Shown: positions 50,341-62,460, numbered from the whole stretch's first letter. The stretch is DNA of 62,460 bases, filler included, from Squatina squatina (GCA_031763465.1; 4 parts of 3 records of this genome joined end to end with filler, not necessarily neighbours in it), one strand, 5' to 3'. Translations and numbers: made by a program. Notes: generated by a model not told the origin, from the letters alone.

Positions 50341-51434
50341 GTGATACAGGAGATCTTCTCTTTCTTTTTAGTGTACCCACTGCATTAATAGTTATTTTGA
50401 CACTTTGAAATGTGACATCTGAAATATGAAGAACGCAGCTCAAAACATACATATATATTATAAAAGTCCTGTGCATGGCAGGTATTTCCTGTATATATTA
50501 GTTTTACTTCCACACTTTTATAATGGAAAAAATCCATGTAAAGATTTGAAATAGAAAAACCTTATTTCAACATTTCATGGTCACATTATATCAAAGTAGC
50601 CATCAATGCTGATAATATATTCTTGGAAAGTTTCATGCCTATCAAAGAAGGATGTAACAAAAAAGTGAGAAGACACATTGCTTGAGCTACTTTAGAGGAA
50701 AGGAGATAAAATGTGTTTGAAGCTAGCGTCCAAACAACAATTTGTTACGGTATTTGATGGCTAATCCTAAGGAAGGTACACTCAGGATGGGTGAAGTTCA
50801 GGTGGGCTATGCGCCAGAGTATTAATTATCAGCTGGGTATCCAGAATGACAAACACTGAAGTAATTAGAAGGATTGGCCTGCATGCTATGGCAAGAAGAC
50901 TGGGATCAGAAGAGCATGTGTGCTGTATGGATGAACATGAATGGTGTCAGAAGGTGATGGAATTGATCCAGCTGGGAATAGACCAAGAGGAAGAATGGCA
51001 GAGTCACGATGATCAGGTGACTGAGAAAGCTGGCAGAGGTCAGGCTGCAATGGTGCCACAACTATAGCTACCCTAGTTATGATGGTTACTAACCGGTTAA
51101 CTAATTGAATATTTTAGCCCTTTTTGCCAAGCTGCAGAGAAAACAAATCTCTTGATCCTGCACTCAGTATAGCCTACGCCTTTATAATCCAGTGGAATGA
51201 ATGACGAAAGTTTACTACATGCTACAGTTTATCCTTTGTCACCTCATAGTGACCTGTCTGTACAGCAAGATGACTCATTTCAAAAATTGAAAATATTTAA
51301 ATCTGATCTCTGTGTTTATGCTGGGAACACAATGTTCTTTAAACAAATTTTAAAGTGCCTATTACGTATATATGATATAGTGTGCTCATTCCAAACATAT
51401 AATGATTTTTCCTAAATTTTAAACATTTATCATG

Positions 51435-51912
51435 AAGCCCATGGGACTAAAGGGGAAGTGGCAGCATGGATACAAAATTGGCTAAGTAACAGGAAACAGA
51501 GAGTAGTGGTGCGCAGTTGTTTTCTGGACTAGACAAAGGTATACAGTGGTGTTCCCCAGGATTGGTACTGGGACTACTGCTTTTCTTGATGTATATTAAT
51601 CACTTGGACTTGGGTGTACAAGACACAATTTCAAAATTTGCAAGTGACACAAAACTTGGAAGTATAGCGAGGAGGATAGTGGTAGCCTTTAATGGGACGT
51701 AGACATGCTGGTGGAATGGGCTGACATGTGGCAGATTAAATTTAGTGCAGAAAAGTGTGAAGAACGAGGAGAGGCAATATAAATAAAGGGTACAATTCTA
51801 AAGGGGGTGCAGGAACAAAGAAACCTGGGGTATATGTGCACAAATTGTTGAAGAAAGGGTAGGTTGAGAAAGCGGTTAAAAACAAAAAATGGGATACTGG
51901 GCTATATAGAGT
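51435..51912 (+). mobile_element. CR1 LINE RT fragment
   Basis: WIQNWLSNRKQRV, LVLGLLLFLMYINHLD, ISKFASDTKLG, EWADMWQIKF..EKC. Confidence 0.9.
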
Positions 51913-53938
51913 NNNNNNNNNNNNNNNNNNNNNNNNNNNNNNNNNNNNNNNNNNNNNNNNNNNNNNNNNNNNNNNNNNNNNNNNNNNNNNNNNNNNNNNN
52001 NNNNNNNNNNNNCTGACGTGGAAGAGCTTAATTTAGAATTCAAAATGCTATGATTATCCTTAATTAGCGGAAGGGAATTTATTTCCATGTTGTACAATGA
52101 TTCAAAGCTTTCTTGCAACTGAAGTGACTCATTGCCAGCATTATAAGCATGACTTAAATGATTAACTTGAGCTTGTTATTTTTCTATTTAAAGAAAATCT
52201 GTACTTGGTTAACTTAAATGCTTCTGGGATTTGTTCAACCAAGCCTATCTATTTAAAAAAAAATATATATATATTGCAAAATAAAAGATAATTGTATGCT
52301 AGTGTTTGCATCAACCAAATGTTTCTGCTGGCAGAATAGCAGAATAGTTTGAAATAACCACGTCCTCCATTTTGGAAAGCTATGTTGGGTTTGGGAGATG
52401 TTTGTCTTTATAAATGATAACAGTAGCCATAAAAATCATTTAAAAAGCTACAATTATTTCATGTTTTAACAATGAGAACAAAGAATTTCTTGCTCTGGGT
52501 GGATTTTAACATCTTATTTTTACAAGTGCTTTGAACCAAAGATGTGTAATGGAGAGCATTATTTTCAGTGAAACTTTTTAAAAACTTGATCAAATCATTG
52601 TTGTAATATGTTTAGATCTGAATTTCTTTTTGCTGGGAATATACATTTGTTGCGATTTGCAAAAATGTATAATCTTAGGACAATGCCATTTGTTGGGAGT
52701 TAAGACACTACTCAAATCTTGCAGCTAGTTTTTTTGCATTATGGCCATTTCATGATCTTTCAAAGCTTTTTAGCTTGAAGAAACTGAAACTAAGCAATCT
52801 TCATTCTCCACACATGCAGCAGTCTTTGCATAGCACAGAACAGGAGTTGTTTCTAAATTTCTTTCCTGCTTTTGCAGCTGAAGGAGAATGGTGTAGAAGT
52901 AGAAATTTAAAATTACATCTGTGAGTACACTTAAGTGGTCTAATCAACTCAGCAGATGCTTCCCACTATTGGGATAATATTTACACAAATTTAACACTCC
53001 ACAGTACTATATTTATTTTGGCTTTCAATGCAGGGCACTTAGTGTAGGAGAAATCACTCACATCCAAATCCTGAATGACTTTGCTGGTATGTACAAGTTA
53101 AATAGTGGAATTATGGGCAGATTCAGCTTCAAGTTGAAATGCATTAATTGAAGGCTTTCCAGTTGGTCAGACCCTCGCTCTGTCTCTTGTATTCTTCCCT
53201 AGCTTCTAAATTTCCAAGAGATCTGACCTTCCTGAGTTTTAGCCTCATGATCTTCCACCATTTGTGGGTGTGCAATCAGCTGCCAAAGCCAAAGCTCTGG
53301 AAATCCCCTCATGAACATAGCTGCCTCTGCATTTCTCATATTCATACAGCACAGAAACAGACCNNNNNNNNNNNNNNNNNNNNNNNNNNNNNNNNNNNNN
53401 NNNNNNNNNNNNNNNNNNNNNNNNNNNNNNNNNNNNNNNNNNNNNNNNNNNNNNNNNNNNNNNAAAGCTGGAATATGGTACTGAGTTAGAGGATCAGCTA
53501 TGATCATATTGAATGGCGGAGCAGGCCTGAAGGGCCGAATGGCCTACTCCTGCTCCTATTTTCTATGTTTCTATCATGTTTCTTATGGAGGCCAATCATC
53601 TCGGCCCCAGGACATTGCTGCAGGAGTTCCTCAGGACAGTATCCTGATTTTGGATTTATCCACTAGTGCTAAGAACAACCCGTTTCAAATGTCCAAATTG
53701 AAATAAAATAATCGAGCGAAGAAGTAGGAGTGCAAGTAGATCAGTTTCCTTGACTTCAAGAGTTGGTTGTCCACTGCTTATGAGCTGCAGTTTGGACACC
53801 ACTGCAGTAAAGGAATTTAGCTGTCTTGTACTTAGTAATGTAGTATTGTACATGTCTCCAGTCATCAAATAATGTACTCTTTAAAATTATTACAGATTTG
53901 TAGTAAATACCTCTAACAGTGTTACTTTTTTTTTTTAG

Positions 53939-54020
53939 CGACACGATGAAGAAGCTATCGTGGATTTGGGTAAAACAAGTACAATTGTCAATACAAACTT
54001 CGAGAAAGAAGAACTAGAGA
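53939..54020 (+). CDS. SLC4A7: SLC4A7 (NBCn1 Na/HCO3 cotransporter) early coding exon (82 nt)
   Basis: poly-T AG| ... |GTaagt. Encodes RHDEEAIVDLGKTSTIVNTNFEKEELE(S), matching recalled DEEAVVDLGKTSSTVNTKFEKEELES. Confidence 0.92.
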
Positions 54021-55186
54021 GTAAGTTTGCATAAAATGTTACCTTTCAAAACTCATTCTTTTGAGGTTTTGAAGTCTACATTATAGTTGCAATTTCAAAA
54101 TGACAATTTGATTTACAGTTTGATCTTTTAATGCATGGAAACCTGATTAACAGTACAACATTGCTTGGAGTAATTTTGGAGCTGACTCCACTGGTGATAA
54201 ATCAGTGTCTGATACCATTTGGCATAACTCGCCGTTCCTGTAAAATCGCTGACTCGGAGTATTCTGAATCCAAGTTGTCTCCCATGAACTAGTTTTTCCA
54301 ATTATTCGTTCAATGCATTTCTTTAAACCATCTTAAATACTTTCCTACAATAAATGTTAAACAGACGGGTCTGTAGTTTCCAGGTATGCTGCTCGACCCA
54401 TTTTTTAAGTAATGGAATTCTGTTAGCCAGTTTTCAATCCTTGGGAGTCTCTCCTGTATTAGCAAACATAGAACATAGAAAATACAGCACATAACAGGCC
54501 CTTCGGCCCACGATGTTGTGCCGAACCTTTGTCCCAGATNNNNNNNNNNNNNNNNNNNNNNNNNNNNNNNNNNNNNNNNNNNNNNNNNNNNNNNNNNNNN
54601 NNNNNNNNNNNNNNNNNNNNNNNNNNNNNNNNNNNNNNNCTCAAGGTGTGCTGTCCTTCCCCATTCATACCTCATTGTTTTCCTGGTTGTGTTATTTATA
54701 CATCAGTCTCTGGTCTCTTCAATTTGCTTATAATTCAATAAAATGTAAAGTTCTCATTAGCTGTTGAACATTCACACTTGGCTGAGGACATCTTTGTGAG
54801 GTGGACACAGTTTTCAAGATAAATACTATTAACAATATTGACTAATATGAATGCTGGAGTTGTGTGGGGCTTGCATGTGTGCGTACACGCCTATCTGAAG
54901 TTGAAGCTAGACACGTTGAAAGATTAATCTGTTGATCACCATAGCTGTCCTAGTGGTGTGTGCAGCCAAGCAGTAATCATTAAAATGTAACTATTATACC
55001 TTTTAAAAGAGTGACTCCAGCTGATATGCATTCAGATTTTAATCATGAACTGTTTTAATTGTCATATGATCTTTAGAGTATATATTCAAACCATCTTTTT
55101 TTGAGTGCCTCCTTTGCATGGCATAGCTACCTCAAATATAATCCAGTGCTAAACATATGGGTATTTTGATCTGTTTCACATCTCAG

Positions 55187-55347
55187 ATGGCTGAAGTTTG
55201 AGGAGGATGTGGAAGATGGAGGGGAGCGATGGAGTAAACCGTATGTGGCTACCCTCTCTTTACATAGTCTGTTTGAGTTGAGAAGCTGCATATTAAATGG
55301 AACAGTCATGCTGGACATGAGAGCTAGCACCACAGAGGAAATAGCAG
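55187..55347 (+). CDS. SLC4A7: SLC4A7 N-terminal domain exon (161 nt)
   Basis: AG/GT flanked. Encodes (R)[53 protein letters not shown], the SLC4 cytoplasmic-domain signature. Confidence 0.95.
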
Positions 55348-56315
55348 GTTTGTAAATAATCACATGCTGTGTGTTCACTTTTACTATGTCTTTTACAGGC
55401 ATTATGCAGTTAGCATAATTCTTTAGCAGCCTGCTGTTAAATTTAAAATTAACTTTTTTTATAACCATGAGTATTAGAATGGTAGTTTTGTTGAGAAAGT
55501 TTTAAAGTGAACAGTGAGGTGGATAGTGATAGACATCAAGAAGACATAGACAGGTCAGCAGAATGGGTCCCACACAATGGATTTTTACAATATAGTTGCT
55601 TCCCCAGCTGGCAAAAAATCTCAAACGTTTTTCATAACTTTCTGCATTTTGTTTTCATCAATATGTGTTATATAAAGCAATAAGCGTTATTACTGATCTC
55701 AATAAGGACTGCTTAATTCAGCAATCTTTTCTTAAAATTCCACTGTTCTGTGCTAAGACTGTAATTAGGAATAGCAATTTTTCAGGGGACACAATCGTTG
55801 CACAACCATTGCAATGACCAGATTTTGAAAAACAGTTTTTAGGTTTTTGATACCGCACAGTGATGACTCTTTACATTGACTCTGTTTCTGCAAGGCCACC
55901 TTTCTTTTTGCTGTTTCTTACAAATTATCACAAGTCGAACACTTTGCTGGGGTTTTTCTGCATCTTTGCTTGCCAGCCCATGATTCCCCACCTATTTAGA
56001 TGAATGGGCAGAAAATTGTTGATTGACAAGTGTAGGAGCAGCGAAACTGGAACTTTGCATATATTGAGGCACCATTGATTGCAATTTCTACTTTGAACCA
56101 ACACTAAACTTGGAGTGTGAATGCACCTTCGTTGCCTTAAAATTGGCCCTCCTGTATTATGTTTATTCACATCATTTTTTCTTTAGTCCCCGTCACAAGA
56201 TCAAATCCAATGATCNNNNNNNNNNNNNNNNNNNNNNNNNNNNNNNNNNNNNNNNNNNNNNNNNNNNNNNNNNNNNNNNNNNNNNNNNNNNNNNNNNNNN
56301 NNNNNNNNNNNNNNN

Positions 56316-56496
56316 CTGGACAACATGATAGAATCTGAACAGCTGGATGAGACCATGCGAGACAAAGTGCGGGAAGCACTACTGAGAAAGCACCATCACA
56401 AGAGTGAGAAGAAACTGAGTAACCGCATCCCTATTGTCCGCTCCTTTGCAGATATAGGCAAGAAACATTCTGATCCTCACTTGCTTGAACGAAATG
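56316..56496 (+). CDS. SLC4A7: SLC4A7 exon ending in cassette I (5' end in gap)
   Basis: Encodes LDNMIESEQLDETMRDKVREALLRKHHHKSEKKLSNRIPIVRSFADIGKKHSDPHLLERN(G)|GTgag. Confidence 0.93.
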
Positions 56497-57014
56497 GTGA
56501 GATGTTTTGTAGTATCCAATTTCTTTCCATCTCCAGAATAATTGCACCAGAATAAACTGGTATTTACAAAATTTGATCATAGAGATGCATTTGGCTTGGT
56601 TTTGCTATGTACTATAGTGAGCTCTGTAGTTTGTCACTTTTTATTGGCATGTAGCTAAGTGAATTCACTATGTAGCAGCATGTTTGTCTGCTGTTCTAGT
56701 TTTCATACTGACTTTTTCTGTTTTCACCCAGTGTTAGCTGATCTACTTGGTTTATGACATTACTCATAATTAAATCTAGCAAAGCCTCCATCCACTAACA
56801 TACTGTTTGAGCAAAAAGACCTGTATGCATTTTAGAAATTCCATTCTCTTCTTTCCCCACTTACTCCCTTCTCTGTCCCAATCAATAAGTGGTTAAATAA
56901 AATCTCCCAGAACAATAATTTTGTTATTCCCACTTATCTTTGACTGTAGATTTCCTCTTCAATTTTCTTCCCACAAATCAGAAGTTGTAATACACCTCAG
57001 GAATTTTGTTTTCA

Positions 57015-57478
57015 TTCGTTCCTGGGATGTGGGCGTTGCTGGCAAGGCCAGCATTTATTGCCCATCCCTAGTTGCCTTTGAGAAGGTGGTGATGAGCTGC
57101 TGCCTTGAACCACTGCAGTCCTTATGGTGAAGGAACTCCCACAGGGCTGTTAGGGAGGGAATTCCAGGATTTTGACCCAGTGACGACGAAGGAACGGCGA
57201 TAGACTTCCAAGTCAGGACGGCGTGCGACTTGGAGAGGAACTTGGAGGTGGTGCTGTTCCCATGCGTCTGCTGACCTTGTCCTTCTAGATGGTAGAGGTC
57301 GTGGGTTTGTGAGGTGCTGCAGTGCATCTTATAGATGGTACTCACTGCAGCCACAGTGCGCCGGTGGTACAGGGAGTGAATATTTAAGGTCATGGAAGGG
57401 GTGCTGATCAAGCGGACTGCTTTGTCCTGGATGGTGTGGAGCTTCTCGAATGTTGTTGGAGCTGCACTCATCCAGGCA
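57015..57478 (-). mobile_element. LINE (L2/CR1 group) 3' portion in SLC4A7 intron
   Basis: AWMSAAPTTFEKLHTIQDKAVRLISTPSMTLNIHSLYHRRTVAAVSTIYKMHCS plus 3' tail. Confidence 0.9.
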
Positions 57479-58147
57479 NNNNNNNNNNNNNNNNNNNNNN
57501 NNNNNNNNNNNNNNNNNNNNNNNNNNNNNNNNNNNNNNNNNNNNNNNNNNNNNNNNNNNNNNNNNNNNNNNNNNNNNNNNNNNNNNNNNNNNNNNNNNNN
57601 NNNNNNNNNNNNNNNNNNNNNNNNNNNNNNNNNNNNNNNNNNNNNNNNNNNNNNNNNNNNNNNNNNNNNNNNNNNNNACTGCATTACTGATCATTGCAGA
57701 CTGCCGTAAAACAATTGGGAAGCTCTGTTAAGCCAGTGGTATCTACAGGCATTTCAGGAAAAAGGGTTGCATAGGAATTCTCAGTGGAATGTGGCAGGAT
57801 TTAACTAAATTCAATCATTTATAAACATATATATGAACAAAAATTGATATTTTTAATTGCAATCTAAACAATGAACTCTCAATTATTGATCAAGCTTTTA
57901 GTGGGCTGTCACCTTTTCAAAATACTAATCTATACTTTATCTAATGGTTTATTTTGGTACATGTATGCAGTCTGTTGTATTATTCACTTACTAATCTGTG
58001 CATTTCATACTTTCAAAGCATGTTTCAGCTAGCCACACAGAACTTTATCTCGTTTAATAAGGTTTATTTCTACTTGCATGGCTATCTGTTGCTTCTTAAA
58101 ATCCTATTTGTTATATTTTCTTACATCCTTTTTTTTATATTTGATAG

Positions 58148-58291
58148 GGGATGGCCTTTCTGCCTCCCGTCTTTCACTCCGTGCTGGTCTCTCTGCTTCA
58201 AGTCTTTCATTAAGAGGAGCTTCTCTTTTTCATGTTCCATTTGGCTCCTTTATGCCTGGTTCCAAGGGTGGATCCCTAGCAGGTTCAAGGT
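58148..58291 (+). CDS. SLC4A7: SLC4A7 cassette II exon, 5' part (remainder in gap, possibly ending near 58497)
   Basis: ttgatAG| then (G)DGLSASRLSLRAGLSASSLSLRGASLF...GGSLAGSR, matching recalled SLC4A7-specific GEGLSASRHSLRTGLSASNLSLRG...AGSR. This distinguishes SLC4A7 from SLC4A8/SLC4A10. Confidence 0.9.
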
Positions 58292-59149
58292 NNNNNNNNN
58301 NNNNNNNNNNNNNNNNNNNNNNNNNNNNNNNNNNNNNNNNNNNNNNNNNNNNNNNNNNNNNNNNNNNNNNNNNNNNNNNNNNNNNNNNNNNNNNNNNNNN
58401 NNNNNNNNNNNNNNNNNNNNNNNNNNNNNNNNNNNNNNNNNNNNNNNNNNNNNNNNNNNNNNNNNNNNNNNNNNAGAATGTGATGAACATAAAACAGGCA
58501 AATATCAATAATGGTTCTATAGCTTTGTGCATGTGGAGCACTAGTACTGGAGTATGGTTACAGCACATAGCATGCAATAGTTTGAAAGCAGTTTATTACA
58601 GTCAACTGGTATTCCACTGTAGAAGAAATAAAAAAAAAACCTTTTGCATGTTATTTTTTATAAATAATCACGTTTCACTTCCATGCCTTTTGCATGCAAC
58701 AGCTGAATCATTTTTCAATATGGTAACTAAATCATGTACATTATGTGCCATTAATTACTTGAGATTTAAGGTTGAACAGTTTCATTCAACATTGCATTGA
58801 AAGAAAGTTGTATGTACATGCTGTGTTTTATTAAGCTGAGATATGGGCACCGTTTAGATTTTTTTTTTTGGTAAGATCTCTCCATTGTTTTATCCTACAT
58901 AATCATCCAAAAAATTGTATAATTTTATTATATTAAGCAATTGTATAGTGGATAAATAAAGACTAGTGGTTCTTTGATTTGTTATTTTACATTTATATTC
59001 AGAAACTTGTTCAAGCTAGTTTAAAATTGAGCCTGTGTGAGTGTGGCTGTATGTGTAAAAACTTTGCCCCTATAATGGAAACCCATTACATTGCCTGCAG
59101 TGTCACTTGCAGCTATCGGTGTTACTAATGGGAATTTTCAATATCAACC

Positions 59150-59468
59150 TTATTGAATTATTTGAAGAGGTAAGACAGAGTAGACAAGTGTAATGCAGTA
59201 AATGTAAAGTATCTATATTTTCAAAAGGCCTTTGATAAGGTACCACATAATAAACTAATGAATAAGGTCAGAGAATGTGGAGTCAGGGGGCAAGCAGCAG
59301 AATGGCTAGCTAGCTGGCTTCAAGACAGAAATCAGAGAGTAGGGGTAAAGGATAGCTATTCACAGTGGTGGAAGGTGTTCCACAAGGATCAGTGCTGGGA
59401 CCACTGTTCACAATATATTGAAATGATTTAGACTTTGTAATCAAAAACACAATTTCTAAATTTGCGGC
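59150..59468 (+). mobile_element. CR1 LINE RT fragment
   Basis: YLYFQKAFDKVPHNKLMNKVRECGVRG, GVPQGSVLGPLF, ISKFA. Confidence 0.9.
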
Positions 59469-60954
59469 NNNNNNNNNNNNNNNNNNNNNNNNNNNNNNNN
59501 NNNNNNNNNNNNNNNNNNNNNNNNNNNNNNNNNNNNNNNNNNNNNNNNNNNNNNNNNNNNNNNNNNNNAAAAACCTCATTTAAATTTATTTTTATGTCAA
59601 TGATGGCAGCAGGTAAGGGTTTTCACAGGTGATGGAGCAAAGTAAGGCCGTTAATGACTAAATATTTATTTAACTTTTTTTCTTCACAGTTTTTGAAATA
59701 GATTTTTAGTAAAGGTTTATTTGTGTACAGAAGTTGTTATAGTTTTCACGGCCACCATTCCACACAAATTACTACATGGGAACATTGCATCAATAGGGAA
59801 GTTATATGTCAGAAGTCAGACTGCACAAAAAATAACCCTTGTAAACAATTTGGTACTGTTAAGCCATGTAATGAAGTAGCTCTAAGGATCTAAACTGTAA
59901 GTGGTTTGCAAACGGCTATAATCACTGCTGTAGGCTCGCTGTCAACTTTTTTTTTTACAATAGGTGCAGTGTTCATTTTTAATCAGAACTGGTATGAACT
60001 TATTGCTTAACTAGCCTGTATTGAGTGCTGCAGAAGCAGTGTTATTTAGATTAAACCATATTTTAAAAAATTATGTTTGACTAAAATATGTGTGTAGCAG
60101 CACATAACTGGAAATGTGGCATTACTTGGTTATTAGCAGTTGGATCATTAAAAAACAAAGCAGTTTATTATCACCTTATTTTATTCACAGAACACTTTTC
60201 AAAATCTAGTTCCCACATCAATTATTTATCACTTCACCTATACAATAGCACAATTAAATTTGGTTTCACATTAGATGTTTCTGCTTACCTGTTATCAACA
60301 GCTAACTGCATCAATGAGATTTAACATATTTTGCCATGTGGTTGAATTGGGAGCTTACCTGCTGCTAATTTGAAATATAGAAAACTTGTGCTGTAGTTGT
60401 ACTTTACTTTGGGAGCCAGGAAAGCTCTGACCAGTTAGGATTTGGTTCCCACAGTATAGTATAACCATCATGGCTTCTTTCTGAAGTGGCCACCATCAGA
60501 ATAAATAAAGCCAGCTGACCAGTATCCATGTGCAGTATGCTTCTGATCAATTTCTATTGATGTACTTAATGTACTTCATTCAGTTTTGATTCTTGATTTG
60601 TTCTATATACAGGGCCTCATATCTCAGCTTACTGTGTGCTCTTGTACACATTTAAAAAAAAAATAATAATAAATGACACATAATGGAAAAAAATTTTTTT
60701 GAATGGCTTAATGCTTTGAGGAAGTACAATACACCTGCAACAAGCACCAAGCTTTACCTTTGATGATTTAATACTTTTACGTGAACATGCCACTTAATCA
60801 CAATTGTTAATATGCTTAAGTTTTACAGATTGCTGCAACACTGTTATCATATCTAACAATCAAATGGTTTGGTTGGGAATAGTTACCTTTTATGTATATC
60901 TTTTATGTATACTTTGCTAAATGTTTTTTTCCCCATACATCTTAAAATAAACAG

Positions 60955-61067
60955 GACTTCTAGCATCTCCCCAATCTGCACCAGGTTTCTTGGAGATGAA
61001 AAGCGTTGAAAACAAATCAACGGGCAATAGTGCAAGTAGAGAAAACAGCACAGTGGACTTCAGTAAG
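60955..61067 (+). CDS. SLC4A7: SLC4A7 exon following cassette II (113 nt)
   Basis: aaacAG|...AAG|GTaatt. Encodes (G)LLASPQSAPGFLEMKSVENKSTGNSASRENSTVDFSK. Confidence 0.93.
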
Positions 61068-61843
61068 GTAATTATTTGGACTCAAAGTGCCAAAAATAAT
61101 TATACAGAAGTACTGAATGATTTTCTACAATTTTAAAAATTTCTATAATATTCCACTGGAGCTATTTTAAACCAAAGTTTAACCTTATCAGAGATGCCCC
61201 ATTTCCTTATAAATAACTATTTCAGTTCACTGTAATGTCAGAGAGCATTTCATATCTATGTAGTTGCTCAAGGTCAGTTATCAGTTTATTGGCATGGTAA
61301 ACTGCTGTGTATCAAGGATTACTCAATCAGGCAGAATTGACAGTGGTATCCTCAGGCATTTACTGACTGAGGAAGATATAGTTCTTGGACCTTCTAGTTC
61401 TCCAATTACCTTATCAAGATCTAGGAGGATCTCTTCACTCACATAGGTGGCCAGATCTGCCCTTAGGACTTCTAACTGACAATATGTTTTGTGCACAGGC
61501 TGGCTTAGAGGCACATGGTGATGTACCTGCTGGCATCCAGAAAGATTTTCACTTTGAAAGCCTAAAAAGCAAAGTGGAAATGCTTTGTCTACAGGTGTTA
61601 ATCATGGATGTAGCATGTAGGGTGTAATGTGCCTTTGTATCATGTTTGCTGGAACTACCTACTTTTAAAAGGAAATTAATGCATTAGAGATACTCCAGAG
61701 GACAAATCCTGCAATCTTCAGCATATCCTCGGTCTGCAACAGTAGAATTTTGTCAGTCTGATGATACAGAAATCTTCAGCATCTAACAGTATCTGGTTGT
61801 TTTTTCAAAATTATTTGAAGAAAAGCTATACATAAGATACATT

Positions 61844-62025
61844 GGGGTACTTTTTCAACTTACTGCTCAGGTGTGAAACTGGCATTACAGATTGGCCACC
61901 TGTGAAAGAGAACACCCGATTTTCATATCCAGTGAAATTAATGGAAATGAAAATTGGGCGGCATCTATAATGGACGGCCAGCCCACATCAATTTATGCCG
62001 AGGCAGCAAGTTGAAAATGTACCCC
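61844..62025. mobile_element. 182-bp MITE with 23-bp TIRs and 3-bp TSD (PIF/Harbinger, Tourist-like)
   Basis: ATT-GGGGTACTTTTTCAACTTACTGC ... GCAGCAAGTTGAAAATGTACCCC-ATT. The TIRs match at 21/23. Confidence 0.85.
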
Positions 62026-62134
62026 ATTGCATGTGTATTGTAGATTGATCAAAAGTAGCTTATGCTTATATCAGTTAACCACTTTCAAAAGGATATGGAT
62101 AAATATTTGGTTTTGAAAAAGACTGAACATTATG

Positions 62135-62460
62135 GGCGGCCAATTCGTGGTAAAACATCTAGCGCGAAAGTGGTGCAAAACTGGTGTTAAGCCACTTTTG
62201 GCGCTAAAATGCAGGTGCAAAATTTGGGTCCCGTTTGCGCCGGCGCAAAACGGGCGCAGAGCCCATAATGCTTGAGGCGCTGGCGTTAGTCTAAACGCGG
62301 CGCTGTGATGTCATCATTGCGCGCACTGCCCAAAATGGGCATCCGTCCAGAATTGCACAGTGTCAGTATGCACTAAATCGAGCGGTGACAACGTGTGCTT
62401 TTTTCAGCGGGGACACTGCCTCAGTTCGTATAATCTGGTGCAAGAGTCCGATTGGGCTGG
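62135..62460. mobile_element. CpG-rich terminus of a probable young Harbinger-type element, running off the window
   Basis: Abrupt switch to CpG-rich sequence starting GGGCGGCCAATT, with internal palindromes (ccgtttgcgccggcgcaaaacgg). Similar in style to other GGG..AATT termini here. Confidence 0.45.

Noticed and set aside
907-59579. Many 60-240 aa ORFs containing X runs
   Set aside because: They are open only because N gaps hide stop codons, or they are antisense or alternate frames of exons and repeats.
11100-61067. A novel GDAP1-TRIL-LZTS2-EOMES-SLC4A7 gene cluster
   Set aside because: Synthetic spacers separate the genes. Only the EOMES-SLC4A7 adjacency lies within one scaffold, and that linkage is already known.
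46310-61067. TBR1 plus SLC4A10 as the alternative identity
   Set aside because: The T-box C-terminus (EYSKD..MGYYTFYTSP) is EOMES-type, and cassette II (GLSASRLSLRAGLSAS) is SLC4A7-specific.
61290-61630. Possible coding exon or retroelement ORF
   Set aside because: It has no recognisable SLC4 sequence or splice context and no clear RT or endonuclease motif, so it is left unassigned.

Overview
This is eukaryotic, AT-rich, intron-containing vertebrate DNA, most likely a draft cartilaginous-fish (shark) assembly, judging by the Deu-domain SINE, CR1/L2 LINE, Penelope, Harbinger and 68-bp minisatellite content. It is not one locus. An artificial 100-nt spacer (44 N + TTAATTAATTAA + 44 N) joins four unrelated scaffolds at 15535-15634, 30561-30660 and 45848-45947, and each scaffold has many further N gaps. 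Segment 1 holds the last three coding exons of GDAP1 (-). Segment 2 holds the single-exon-type gene TRIL (-), whose central LRR part is replaced by unrelated sequence and Ns. Segment 3 holds the first coding exon of LZTS2 (-). Segment 4 holds the 3' part of EOMES (+) followed by N-terminal exons of SLC4A7/NBCn1 (+), including its alternatively spliced cassettes. The rest is intron or intergenic DNA with decayed transposons. I found no rRNA, tRNA, CRISPR or prokaryotic features, and no convincing new biological system. The most interesting signals are regulatory: an RBFOX/QKI motif cluster and GC donors around the SLC4A7 cassettes, miRNA seed sites in the EOMES 3'UTR, and an internal MGS start in LZTS2. 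A GDAP1L1-like tail on GDAP1 and several Harbinger/MITE structures are also worth a look. Gene identities come from my recall of vertebrate orthologue sequences, not from a search. Repeat boundaries are approximate.
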